Position numbers and translations under genes: made by a program. The notes under the pieces are model-generated. The model saw nothing but the letters and a program-made list of their open reading frames with translations, ran no database searches and had not been told where the DNA came from. 64,000 nt of DNA, taken from Candidatus Eiseniibacteriota bacterium (lineage in GTDB: Bacteria; Eisenbacteria; RBG-16-71-46; JABDJR01). Shown piece by piece: positions 30,080 to 40,001 of this stretch. How positions within the stretch are numbered: the first letter of the stretch is position 1; each line of letters opens with the position of its first letter. The stretch is from the NCBI GenBank assembly GCA_963762255.1, contig CAVXKA010000001.1:192001-256000 (forward strand), read 5' to 3'.

Positions 30080-32551
30080 ATGGCCTTCCGCAGACCGCTC
30101 GCCTGCCTTGCCATCGCTGTCCTCGTAGCGCTCACCACGTCCACAGACCCGGCAGCAGCCGAAGACCTCACCTACCAGCTCCCGCCCCAGGTGCTCGTCG
30201 ATTTCGTGGACGCGCCCCTCACACCGGGAGTGAGCATCTCTCCCACCAAGGAGTGGATGCTGCTCATGGCCCGCCCGAGCCTGCCGCCGATCAGCGAGCT
30301 GGCCGAGCCGGAACTGCGGCTGGCGGGGCTGCGCTTGAAGCCGCGCACCAACGGTCCCAGCCGTGGCGGCTACGTGACCGGGCTCACGCTCAAGCGGGTG
30401 GACGACCTATCGGAGCGCCCCATCACCGGTCTTCCCGCGGATGCCCGCATCAGCGGCGTGCGATGGTCGCCTGACGGCAGCCGCATCGCCTTCGTGCTCA
30501 CCGGCCAAACAGACATCACGCTCTGGACCGCAGCGGTCGCGGATGGCAAGGCGAAGCAGCTCACCAAGCGCCCGCTCAACACCGCGTTCGGGTTCACCTC
30601 GGCGTGGCTCCCCGACAGCCGCACGCTCGTCTGCCTCGCTGTCCCCGTGAACCGCGGCCCCGAGCCCGCCGCCGACCTCACCCCCAAGGGGCCGGTCGTC
30701 GATGAGAACCTCGGCAAGACGGCTCCCGCGCGCACCTATCAGGATCTTCTCAAGGATCCGCGCGACGAGGCGCTCTTCGAGCACTACGTCGCCGCGCAGC
30801 CGTTGCGTGTCACCGTGGACGGCAAGACCCAGGAGATCGGCGCCCCCGCGCTCATCACCGGCATCGAGCCCTCCCCCGACGGTCGCTTCCTTCTCGTGAC
30901 CAGCGTGCACCGGCCGTTCTCGTACCGCGTACCGTTCTATTACTTCCCGGAGCGCAGCGAGGTATGGGATCTCGACGGCAAACTCGTGAAGCTCGTCGCC
31001 GACACCCCGCTTCAGGAAGGCGTGCCGATCACCTACGACAGCGTCCCGATCGGCCCGCGCAGCATGACGTGGCGCGACGACATGCCCGCCACGTTGATCT
31101 GGGCCGAAGCGCAGGACGGCGGCGATGCCGCGGTGGAAGCCGCGGTGCGCGATCACGTGCTGACCCTGGCCGCGCCGTTCCAGGGCGAACCCCAACTCCT
31201 CTTTCCCCTCGGTTACCGCTACGCCGGCGCGGACTGGACCACGGACGGTCGCGCACTGATCAGCGAGCGCTGGTGGAAGACGCGTCGTCTTCGCACATGG
31301 CTCGTCAACGGCAACGCGCCGGAGGATCCCGCACAACTGACGCCGGTCTGGGACCGCTCCTCCGAGGACCGCTACGCCGATCCCGGCGATCCCATGCTCG
31401 CCCCCGACGCGCGCGGCCGCATGCTGATCGTGGCCACGCCCGACGGGCGCTCGGTCTTCCTCTCCGGGCAAGGCGCATCGGAGGAAGGCAATCGCCCGTT
31501 CCTGGACCGCTTCAGCCTCGACACCCGCGAAGCGCAGCGGCTGTGGCGCTCGGAAGCTCCATACTACGAAAGCGTGATCGGCCTCCTGGACGACAGCGGA
31601 CAACGCGTCCTCACCTCGCGCGAGTCGCGCGAAGCGCCCGCCAACTTCTTCATTCGCGATCTCGCCGACGGCTCGCTCAAGCAGCTCACCGCGTTCCCCC
31701 ATCCCACGCCGCAGCTCCTCGGCATGACCAAGGAACTCATCCACTACACGCGCGCCGACGGGGTCAAGCTCACCGCCAACCTCTACCTGCCCCCGGGCTA
31801 CAAGAAAGAGCAGGGGCCGCTGCCGGTGTTGATGTGGGCCTATCCGCAGGAGTTCAAGAGCGCGGATGCGGCGGGACAGGTGACCGATTCGCCGTATCGC
31901 TTCGACCGCGTGAGCGGGATGTCGTCGTTGGTCTGGCTCACCCGCGGCTACGCGGTGCTCGACGATCCCTCGATGCCGATCGTCGGCGAAGGCGACAAGG
32001 AGCCCAACGACACGTACGTGCAACAACTGGTGGCCAGCGCGCAGGCGGCGGCGGACGAGGTGGCGCGCCTCGGCGTGGGCGACCCGAATCGCCTGGCCGT
32101 CGGCGGCCACTCCTATGGCGCCTTCATGACCGCCAACCTGCTCGCCTACTCGGACATCTTCCGCGCCGGCCTTGCTAGAAGCGGCGCCTACAACCGCACC
32201 CTCACCCCGTTCGGCTTCCAGTCCGAGGAACGGACTCTGTGGCAGGCGCCCGAGGTGTACGCGGTGATGTCGCCGTTCAACCATGCGGACACGATCGACG
32301 AGCCGATCCTCCTCAGCCACGGTCAGGCGGACAACAACTCGGGGACCTTCCCCATCCAGAGCGAGCGCCTGTTCGACGCGCTGAAGGGACTCGGGAAGAC
32401 CGCGCGGCTGGTCATGCTCCCCAGCGAGGCCCACGGGTATCGCGCGCGGGAATCGGTGCTCCACATCCTGTGGGAGTCGGACCGCTGGCTGGAGCAGTAC
32501 GTCAAGAACGCGCCGCCTCGCGGTGCGAAGGGTGATACGTCGCCCAAATGA
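30080..32551 (+). CDS. S9 family peptidase (glutamyl endopeptidase-like), secreted
   Basis: Signal peptide; WAYPQEF, GGHSYGAFMTANLL, ARSGAYNRTLTPFGFQ, DNNSGTFPIQSER and EAHGY. Confidence 0.93.
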   Translation: MAFRRPLACLAIAVLVALTTSTDPAAAEDLTYQLPPQVLVDFVDAPLTPGVSISPTKEWMLLMARPSLPPISELAEPELRLAGLRLKPRTNGPSRGGYVTGLTLKRVDDLSERPITGLPADARISGVRWSPDGSRIAFVLTGQTDITLWTAAVADGKAKQLTKRPLNTAFGFTSAWLPDSRTLVCLAVPVNRGPEPAADLTPKGPVVDENLGKTAPARTYQDLLKDPRDEALFEHYVAAQPLRVTVDGKTQEIGAPALITGIEPSPDGRFLLVTSVHRPFSYRVPFYYFPERSEVWDLDGKLVKLVADTPLQEGVPITYDSVPIGPRSMTWRDDMPATLIWAEAQDGGDAAVEAAVRDHVLTLAAPFQGEPQLLFPLGYRYAGADWTTDGRALISERWWKTRRLRTWLVNGNAPEDPAQLTPVWDRSSEDRYADPGDPMLAPDARGRMLIVATPDGRSVFLSGQGASEEGNRPFLDRFSLDTREAQRLWRSEAPYYESVIGLLDDSGQRVLTSRESREAPANFFIRDLADGSLKQLTAFPHPTPQLLGMTKELIHYTRADGVKLTANLYLPPGYKKEQGPLPVLMWAYPQEFKSADAAGQVTDSPYRFDRVSGMSSLVWLTRGYAVLDDPSMPIVGEGDKEPNDTYVQQLVASAQAAADEVARLGVGDPNRLAVGGHSYGAFMTANLLAYSDIFRAGLARSGAYNRTLTPFGFQSEERTLWQAPEVYAVMSPFNHADTIDEPILLSHGQADNNSGTFPIQSERLFDALKGLGKTARLVMLPSEAHGYRARESVLHILWESDRWLEQYVKNAPPRGAKGDTSPK

Positions 32552-32664
32552 CACCCTCGGCCCCCCAACTGCTTCCCCGGTGACTTTTGGGGTTGTCAGG
32601 CTGGACCGGCTTCGCTTAGCGTTGTCGGTCCAGCCCCTGACTCCGAAAAAGTAGAAGAGACCGG

Positions 32665-33516
32665 ATGATCGATCTTCATGCATCGGCACGGCCGAGGTGC
32701 GTCTCGGCCGCGGGGGGCGCGACTGCCCTGCTGCTCCTCCTCCTCGCCATCCTGCCCGCGGCGTCCGCGCACGCTGCCAGCCTTCGCGGGACCAAGTCCG
32801 CCATGAACCGTCAGTACGCGGTGGCGCGGGTCAACGGCGCGTCCTTCGCGCGCACCTCCGCCGATGTCTATCGGTGCGTCGACCTGGGGACCCTGGTGCG
32901 GGTGGCCGGCAACGCAAACTTCGAGCTGGATAAGGTCTCCTACCCCTTCTGCCGGCCGGAAACGAAGGCCTTCATCGAGCACCTGGCGGCCGATTATCGC
33001 GCCGCGACGGGCGAGAAGTTGGTGATCACGAGCCTCACCCGCCCGATCTCCGCGCAGCCGCGTAACGCTTCGGACCTCTCCGTGCATCCGGCGGGGATGG
33101 CTCTCGACATCCGGCGCAGCAACAGCGGCGCCGCACAACGCTGGCTCGAACGGGAGTTGCTCGCTCTGGAGGGACGGAACCTGATCGACGCGACCAAGGA
33201 ACGCCGGCCACCCCACTACCACGTCGCGGTCTTCCCCGGTCCGCAGCCCGAACTGTTGGCGGAGGCCGACGAGGCGCCGGCGAAGGCTCCGGCCGCCGCA
33301 GTCCGACAAGCCTCACCTGCGGTCAAGAAGACCCCCAGCGCGACCCAAAAGGGCGGCAAGACCTCGGTGCGCACCCACAAGGTTCGCCGGGGCGAGTCGC
33401 TCTGGCTCATCGCGCAGCGCTACGACTGCTCGGTGAGGGCCATCAAGAGCGCCAACTCCATCGCATCGAACCGGCTCAAGCCCGGCCAGGTGCTGCGCAT
33501 CCCCGCCCGCCGCTGA
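32665..33516 (+). CDS. DUF5715-like (M15-type) putative peptidoglycan peptidase with C-terminal LysM
   Basis: ITSLTRP, SVHPAGMALDI and HYHVAV metal-binding pattern; LysM HKVRRGESLWLIAQRY...LKPGQVLRIP. Confidence 0.8.
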   Translation: MIDLHASARPRCVSAAGGATALLLLLLAILPAASAHAASLRGTKSAMNRQYAVARVNGASFARTSADVYRCVDLGTLVRVAGNANFELDKVSYPFCRPETKAFIEHLAADYRAATGEKLVITSLTRPISAQPRNASDLSVHPAGMALDIRRSNSGAAQRWLERELLALEGRNLIDATKERRPPHYHVAVFPGPQPELLAEADEAPAKAPAAAVRQASPAVKKTPSATQKGGKTSVRTHKVRRGESLWLIAQRYDCSVRAIKSANSIASNRLKPGQVLRIPARR

Positions 33517-33584
33517 CTCCTGGGGCTATACTCACGGTTCGCCCCGCACAGGCGCGTGGATCCCAACACGCCGGAGGAGCATCC

Positions 33585-33869
33585 GTGGTCAACGCCGTCG
33601 TCCTCTTGAGCCTCGAGCGCGATCGCATCAACACCGTAGCCGAGCAACTGGCTGGCATGGAGGGGATCACCGAGGTCTACTCCGTGGCCGGGCAATTCGA
33701 CCTCGTGGCCATGGCGCGAGCGCGCGACAACGAAGCCCTGGCCGATCTCATCACCGCCCGCCTGCTCAAGGTTCCAGGCATCCTCCGCTCGGAGACCCTG
33801 ATCGCGTTTCGCGTCTACTCCAAGTACGACCTCGAGCACATGTTCTCCATCGGGATGGAGGACGCGTGA
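33585..33869 (+). CDS. Stand-alone Lrp/AsnC ligand-binding (RAM) domain protein
   Basis: EVYSVAGQFDLVA...GILRSETLI; no N-terminal HTH. Confidence 0.85.
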   Translation: MVNAVVLLSLERDRINTVAEQLAGMEGITEVYSVAGQFDLVAMARARDNEALADLITARLLKVPGILRSETLIAFRVYSKYDLEHMFSIGMEDA

Positions 33870-34684
33870 CGCGAGCCGCGATGGCGGTCGCGGCGATGAT
33901 CTGGGTGCTGGTCGGGGGATGCGGCGGCGGCGAGGCGGACCGCGCTGGAGCCGGTCACGCGCGGGCGACGCTTGTCGCGGAGCGCGACGCTTTCACGCCC
34001 GGAGACACGCTGATCCTCGGTGTGTCCTTCACTATCGAGAAGGATTGGCATCTTTACGGCAATACCGCGAACGATACCGGCTTCCCGATCCACGTCACCC
34101 CCAAGTTGCCGCCCGGGTACGTCGCGCTCGATCTTCTCTGGCCCGCACCGAGTCGCCATCTCTCTCCCGGCGACATCCTCGATCACGTCTATGAGGAGCG
34201 CGTCACCCTGCTCCTTCCCGTGGTGGTCCCCGCCGATGCCCGCATCGGCGACCGCGTGGACCTGAAGGCCCACATCGACTGGCTGGTCTGCCGCGATCTG
34301 TGCCTCCCGGAGAGCGCGGACGTGTCCGTGCGCCTGCCCGTGAGGGCGAACGGGGCACCGAACAAGGCCGTGGCTGCCCTATTCGCAGAAACCCGGGCTC
34401 GCCTTCCCGTCCGAGATTCAACGGAAGCCCGCGCCACACGAGAGGGTAAGATCGTCGTCCTCGAGGCTCCGGGCGCACAGGCCCTGGTCTTCTACCCCGG
34501 TCCCGGGTCCGCGCGGTTGGCCAACCCGATTCGCGACGCCGCAGGGACCGGCGCCCGACTCACGCTCACTCTCGCCGAGGCCGACACCGGCGGGGCGCCC
34601 GTCGAGGGCGTGCTCGAAATCACCCGCCCCGGCGGGACATCGTCGTTCATCACGGTTCGTCTCGGGTCCGCCAAGGGTTCCTGA
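33866..34684 (+). CDS. DsbD N-terminal (alpha) domain lipoprotein
   Basis: Lipobox VGGC; IEKDWHLY, WPAP and WLVCRDLCLP. Confidence 0.8.
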   Translation: MTRAAMAVAAMIWVLVGGCGGGEADRAGAGHARATLVAERDAFTPGDTLILGVSFTIEKDWHLYGNTANDTGFPIHVTPKLPPGYVALDLLWPAPSRHLSPGDILDHVYEERVTLLLPVVVPADARIGDRVDLKAHIDWLVCRDLCLPESADVSVRLPVRANGAPNKAVAALFAETRARLPVRDSTEARATREGKIVVLEAPGAQALVFYPGPGSARLANPIRDAAGTGARLTLTLAEADTGGAPVEGVLEITRPGGTSSFITVRLGSAKGS

Positions 34685-34716
34685 GACCTTCATCGACCAT
34701 CATCAAGGAGACCCCC

Positions 34717-35379
34717 ATGCGCACTCGAAACGTTTATGCCCTCGCGCTCGCCGCGTTCGCCGTTCTCTTCGGCGCGCCGCCTCTGACCGCGGCCGCCGCG
34801 GACGCCGCCGGCACACCGGAGAAGCCGGCCGAGATGACGCCGGCCGCCCTCGGCGAGAAGGCCCCTGACTTCACCCTCACCGACACGGACGGAAAGACCC
34901 ACAAGCTCAGCGAGTACACCGCGCAGGGTAAGATCGTCGTATTGGAGTGGTTCAACCCGGAGTGTCCGTTCGTGAAGAAGCACCACCAACTCACGCACTC
35001 CATGAACGATACCTATGCATTTGCCAAGGGAGCCGGAGTGGTGTGGCTCGCCATCAACTCGGGCGCGGCGGGCAAGCAGGGCGCCGGTCTCGAGAGGAAC
35101 GCCGCCGCTCGCAAGGACTACGGCATGGAGTACCCGCTGCTCCTCGACGAGAGCGGCGCCGTCGGGAAGCTCTACGGCGCCAAGACGACGCCCCACATGT
35201 TTGTGATCGATGAGAAGGGTACGCTCATCTACCGGGGCGGAATCGACGACGACGCCAGCCCCAAGACGCTCGGCAAGACCAACTACGTCCGCACGTGCCT
35301 GGAGGCCCACTCGGCGAAGAAACCGGTGACGGCGAACGACACGAAGCCCTACGGGTGCAGCGTCAAATACGCCTCATAG
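34717..35379 (+). CDS. Secreted AhpC/TSA-type redoxin
   Basis: KAPDFTL, EWFNPECPFV, AKTTPHMFVI, YRGGIDD and GCSVKY. Confidence 0.9.
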   Translation: MRTRNVYALALAAFAVLFGAPPLTAAAADAAGTPEKPAEMTPAALGEKAPDFTLTDTDGKTHKLSEYTAQGKIVVLEWFNPECPFVKKHHQLTHSMNDTYAFAKGAGVVWLAINSGAAGKQGAGLERNAAARKDYGMEYPLLLDESGAVGKLYGAKTTPHMFVIDEKGTLIYRGGIDDDASPKTLGKTNYVRTCLEAHSAKKPVTANDTKPYGCSVKYAS

Positions 35380-35503
35380 GACGAATTCCAAGGTGGCCGG
35401 GCCCGGGGGATGTGCTAGCATCCTCTGAAATCATTATCCGGTAATTGTCCCAGGCCGGTCATGGAGATCATTATGCCTCAGGCGGGCCCAGCCACCTTGG
35501 CCA

Positions 35504-38395
35504 TTGCTGCTGCATCGTAGGGTTCACAACCCGTTCCGCGCGATCGCCCCTCTGCGCGGGCTCGTCATCGCGCTCCTCGTCGCTCTCGCCTGCGTCCATC
35601 CGTGCGTGCCCGGCGCCGAGGCCCAGAAGCGCATCTACATCGCCAACGACGACCATACCGACTACTTCTGGACCGGAACCGACGTTCAATACCGGACAGC
35701 ATTTCTGTCCATGCTCGACTACTACATGAACCAGATCGAGGCCACCGCGGGGAACCCCTCGGATTCCCGCGGCCGCTTCAACTGCGACGGCAGCCTCTGG
35801 GTTCGCGTCTACGAGCAGAACCGGTCCGCCCCCGACTTCGCGCGTTTGGTGGGACATCTGCGCGATGACACCATCACCATGCCGCTCAACACCCTTGTCC
35901 TTCTCTACGGCGCCATGCCCACCGAGGCGGTTCTGCGGAACATGTACTACGCGGGCAGACTGGAGCGCCGCGAGAACCTGCGCTTCCCCATCGTGGTGCC
36001 GATGGAGGACCAGACCCTGCCGGGCGGCGTGGCCTCGCTGTGGGCGGGCTCGGGCGCCAAGTACGCATGGAAGGGTGTGTGCGGCTGCGCGAGCAGGACC
36101 GACTGGGGAGACCGCCCTCGCGAGATCTACCACTTCACCGGTCCCGACGGTCAATCCGTCTGCATGAAGTGGAACACCATGCTGAACGGCTACCAGAGCG
36201 TCGGCGGCTACGCCGAGGCCGCCGATCCCTACGGCGTCGTGGATTACCTCGATGGCAACGCGGGTTTCCTCGCCCGCTGGCCCTGGCTCGTGTCCGCCGC
36301 GTTCGGCTACGGATGTGACGCGCTGCAGACCACGACGGGCGACTTCATGACCGCGTCCCAGATCAAGGCCAACGCCGGACGCCGCGTCATCGTCTCCAAC
36401 GAGAAGGACTTCTTCGAGGATTTTCTCTCCCAATACTCGAGTCAGATCCCCACCTTCTCCGGCTCCTTCGGCAACGAATGGGATCTCTACACGGCCTCCA
36501 TGGCCGAAGTCACAGCGAATTTCCGCCGTCAGGTGGAGAAGCTGCGCACCGCGGAAGCCCTGGCCACGGTAGCCTCGCTCCACGACGCGTCGTTCATGGC
36601 GGGGCGGGAGGAAGCCCGCGACCGGGCCTTTGTGGCCTGCGGCCTCTTCTACGAGCACGACTGGACCGGCGACGGCCCGGTGACGCGCAGCGTGCGGGCT
36701 CAGTTCCAGCGTGACCAGCTCGACAGCCTCTCCGCCTACACGAACCCCCTCTACGTCGACGCGCTCGCCGCCGTGGCGTCCCGTGTCTCACAGCCCGGTG
36801 GCTCCGAGCGCCACGTCGTGTTCAACCCGTTATCGTGGTCGCGCACGGACATCGCCGATCTCACCTCGCAGATCGCGCCGCCGCTCCGGGTCGTGGACGT
36901 CGCGCGGGGCACCGAGGTGCGCAGCCAAATCGTGAGCATCGGCGCCACCACGCTGGTGCGCGTGCTGGCGGACAGCGTGCCGTCGGTGGGGTACCGAGTC
37001 TTCGAGGTGCGCTCGGGGGCGGGGCAGAGCTACGGCCCGGCGGCCGCAGTCACGTTGCCGAGCTTCGACAACGGCACCTACGCGGTGACGCTCGGCGCGC
37101 GCGGGAACATCACGAGCCTCGTCGACCACAAGGACGCCAACCGGCAACTGGTGGATGGCAGCGGCAGCATCCACGACCTGGGCAGCGGCGCGGGGACCGC
37201 AGTGGTCGAAGCTTCCGGCCCGGTCTACGCGACGCTCAAGGTCGTGGCCGGGGGCACTCCCGCGCATGAGACCCGGGTCACCCTCTATGCGGGGCTCGAC
37301 CGCGTCGACGTCGAAGGACGGGTAACCCAGAACTTCTCGTCGAATGTCGGCTACACGTCCGCATTCAACCTCCCCGGCAGCGTCATGCGCCACGAGGAGG
37401 TAGGCATGATCGCTCGTGTGGCGCGCGCCGCCGCCGGAGGGGACTACGCGGACGAGAACGCGCGCACCGACTATCTCACCTTCAACCACTTCGTGGACCT
37501 CTCGCAGACCGACCGCGGGGTGACCGTCTCCAACTGGGACAGCCCGTTCTTCCAAGCGGGCGGCAGCACGCCGAGCTTCCTCGATAGCGTCACCCCGTCG
37601 ATCCGGGCCGTGGTCGGGATGCAGGTGGACGGCCTGACGCTTGGCATGCTGAACCAGGGGGGCGATACCAGCTTTCTCAACCGCTTCTCGCTGCGCACCC
37701 ACGGATCTTACGACCAGGCGGCGGCGATGCGGTTCGCTCTCGAGCACCAGAACCCGTTGGTGGCGACTCGCGTCACCGGCAGCGCGGAGTCACCTCTCCC
37801 GGCGACGGTGTGGTCGCTCCTCTCCATCGACTCGCCCGACGTTCTCCTTTGGGCGCTCAAGCCGGCGGAGGAGGGCATTGGCTCGGGGATGATCGCGCGG
37901 GTGTGGAACCTCGCCGAGGCGCCACGCACCCTGAACCTGGCCGTGCCCGGGACGCCGGTGTCCTCCGCCATGCGCACGACCCATATCGAGACCGACATCG
38001 AACCGGCGAGCTTCGTGGCCGGCGTGCTCGCCGACAATCTCGCGCGCCAGGAAATGCGCACGTATCGCCTGCAGGCCTCGGTGACCGCGACGCCGGACGC
38101 CGAACGCCCCCCTGTGCCGCTGAGCCTGCGCATCTACCCCAATCCCGCGCCGTCCGCGGGACATGCCCGCATCGCGTACTCGCTTGCCGCCGCCGGGCAT
38201 GTGCGCGTCGCCGTGCTCGACGCGCAGGGGCGACGGGTGGCGACACTGCGCGACGGCGAGGAGGCCGCGGGGCCGCACGAGCTGACCTGGGACGGCCTGA
38301 GTGCGAGCGGCACGCCGACGGCCCCCGGGATCTACTTCGTGCAGGTGCGCACACCGGCGGGGACGCGCGCGAGCAAGCTGGTGCGGGTCAGATAG
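35504..38395 (+). CDS. GH38 (alpha-mannosidase-like) glycoside hydrolase with C-terminal FlgD-Ig/T9SS-like domain
   Basis: DDHTDYFW metal motif, YEHDW, VVFNPLSWSR, VPSVGYRVF and ALKPAEE...ARVWN; tail IYPNP...WDG...PGIYFVQV. Confidence 0.75.
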   Translation: MLLHRRVHNPFRAIAPLRGLVIALLVALACVHPCVPGAEAQKRIYIANDDHTDYFWTGTDVQYRTAFLSMLDYYMNQIEATAGNPSDSRGRFNCDGSLWVRVYEQNRSAPDFARLVGHLRDDTITMPLNTLVLLYGAMPTEAVLRNMYYAGRLERRENLRFPIVVPMEDQTLPGGVASLWAGSGAKYAWKGVCGCASRTDWGDRPREIYHFTGPDGQSVCMKWNTMLNGYQSVGGYAEAADPYGVVDYLDGNAGFLARWPWLVSAAFGYGCDALQTTTGDFMTASQIKANAGRRVIVSNEKDFFEDFLSQYSSQIPTFSGSFGNEWDLYTASMAEVTANFRRQVEKLRTAEALATVASLHDASFMAGREEARDRAFVACGLFYEHDWTGDGPVTRSVRAQFQRDQLDSLSAYTNPLYVDALAAVASRVSQPGGSERHVVFNPLSWSRTDIADLTSQIAPPLRVVDVARGTEVRSQIVSIGATTLVRVLADSVPSVGYRVFEVRSGAGQSYGPAAAVTLPSFDNGTYAVTLGARGNITSLVDHKDANRQLVDGSGSIHDLGSGAGTAVVEASGPVYATLKVVAGGTPAHETRVTLYAGLDRVDVEGRVTQNFSSNVGYTSAFNLPGSVMRHEEVGMIARVARAAAGGDYADENARTDYLTFNHFVDLSQTDRGVTVSNWDSPFFQAGGSTPSFLDSVTPSIRAVVGMQVDGLTLGMLNQGGDTSFLNRFSLRTHGSYDQAAAMRFALEHQNPLVATRVTGSAESPLPATVWSLLSIDSPDVLLWALKPAEEGIGSGMIARVWNLAEAPRTLNLAVPGTPVSSAMRTTHIETDIEPASFVAGVLADNLARQEMRTYRLQASVTATPDAERPPVPLSLRIYPNPAPSAGHARIAYSLAAAGHVRVAVLDAQGRRVATLRDGEEAAGPHELTWDGLSASGTPTAPGIYFVQVRTPAGTRASKLVRVR

Positions 38396-39818
38396 CTTCT
38401 GCCGTACGCTGCAACAGATCCCACGTCTCGCGCAGGTGCGTCTCGGTGGTTTTCAGATTGCCCACCGCCAGTCGCAACGCAAAGCGGTCGCGCACCACGA
38501 CGTGCGATAGGAACACCCGCCCTGTGGCGTTCACCGCGTCCATGATCCCGCGGTTGTGCGCGTCCAGCGCGGCGGCGTCGAGACCGGCCGGCACATGGCG
38601 GAAGAGCACCGTGCTCATGGGAGCCGGCGCCATCCGCTCCCAGCCGGGCACGTCGTCGATCCAGCCGGCGAGGGTCCGCGCCATCTCCACGTGGGCGCGG
38701 ATCCTCTCGGCCATGCCTTCCGTCCCGAACGAGCGAATCACCATCCAGAGCTTGAGCGCGCGAAAGCGCCGCCCGAGCGACGGCCCGTAGTCCATGAGGT
38801 TGCGAGCCACGCCGTCCTCGGGGGTCATCAAGTAGGGCGCCACCAGGGAGAACGCCCCGCGCACGACCTCCGGCCTGCGCGTGTAGAGCGCGCTGCAATC
38901 GATGGGCACGAAGAGCCACTTGTGCGGGTTCACCACCAGGCTGTCCGCGCGCTCGCATCCCTCCAGCACCCATCGAAACTCGGGAACGACCGCCATCGAT
39001 CCGCCGTAGGCGGCGTCCACGTGGAGCCAGATCCGCTCGCGTTCGCACAACGCCGCGATCTCGGGGACCGGGTCCACGCTGGTAGTCGATGTCGTGCCGA
39101 CGGTGGCGGTGACCGCCATCGGGCTCCATCCCGCGCGGCGGTCCTCCGTGATGGCCGCCGCCAGCTCATCGACGCGCATGCGGAACGCGTCGTCGGTGCC
39201 GATCTTGCGCACTCCCTCCTGGCCCAGGCCCAGGAGCAAGGCCGCCTTCTCGACCGAGCTATGCGCCTCCTCGCTCGTGTAGAGCCGCAGCCGCGGGCCT
39301 CCCGCAAGTCCCTTCTCGCGTACCGCGCCCTCGGTGGCGGCCTGCCGCGCGGCCGCCAGCGCGACCAGGGTCGAGACGCTCGCGGTGTCGTTGATATGGC
39401 CGTCGAATTCCTCGGGAAGGCCCAGCATCTGCCGCAGCCAGGACAGCGCGACCGCTTCGAGTTCGGTCGCGGCGGGAGAGGCGCGCCAGAGCATCGCGTT
39501 CACGTTGAGCGCCGCTGCGAGCGACTCGCCGAGGATCCCCGGCCCGCTCCCGGTGATCGAGAAGTAGCCGTGAAAGCGCGGATGATTCCAATGCGTGATG
39601 CCGGGGAGGATGATCTCGCGGAAGTCGCGAAGCACGTCCTCCATGGGTTCGCCGCACCGAGGCGGCGACGCGGGGAGCTTCTGCACGATATCCCCCGGGC
39701 GCACCTGCGCCAGCACCGGATAGGCGTCGACGCCTTCGAGGTAGTCGGCGATCCAGTCGGCCACGTCGTGAGCGTGCTTGCGGAACTCTTCGGGGGGCAT
39801 GTCGCCGTGAGCGGTCAT
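38388..39818 (-). CDS. Group II PLP-dependent decarboxylase (aromatic-L-amino-acid decarboxylase-like)
   Basis: PGITHWNHPRF, SPAATELE, AHSSVEKA, WLHVDAAYGG, NPHKW (PLP lysine) and RRFRALKLW. Confidence 0.92.
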   Translation of the reverse strand: MTAHGDMPPEEFRKHAHDVADWIADYLEGVDAYPVLAQVRPGDIVQKLPASPPRCGEPMEDVLRDFREIILPGITHWNHPRFHGYFSITGSGPGILGESLAAALNVNAMLWRASPAATELEAVALSWLRQMLGLPEEFDGHINDTASVSTLVALAAARQAATEGAVREKGLAGGPRLRLYTSEEAHSSVEKAALLLGLGQEGVRKIGTDDAFRMRVDELAAAITEDRRAGWSPMAVTATVGTTSTTSVDPVPEIAALCERERIWLHVDAAYGGSMAVVPEFRWVLEGCERADSLVVNPHKWLFVPIDCSALYTRRPEVVRGAFSLVAPYLMTPEDGVARNLMDYGPSLGRRFRALKLWMVIRSFGTEGMAERIRAHVEMARTLAGWIDDVPGWERMAPAPMSTVLFRHVPAGLDAAALDAHNRGIMDAVNATGRVFLSHVVVRDRFALRLAVGNLKTTETHLRETWDLLQRTAEAI

Positions 39819-40001
39819 GGGCGGCTCCGTTTGCTTGGATGGTGCATGCGAGGCCTGGGAGTATAGCGATTCACACCGGCCCGGCGCGGACTTGCCCAAA
39901 CGCCCTACCGCGCTTAGACTTGCCCGGTTGATCCATCCCGGTCGCCCCCATGATACCGGGCGACCTTGCTTCGCAACCAATTGTCCGAAAAGGTCTTATC
40001 C

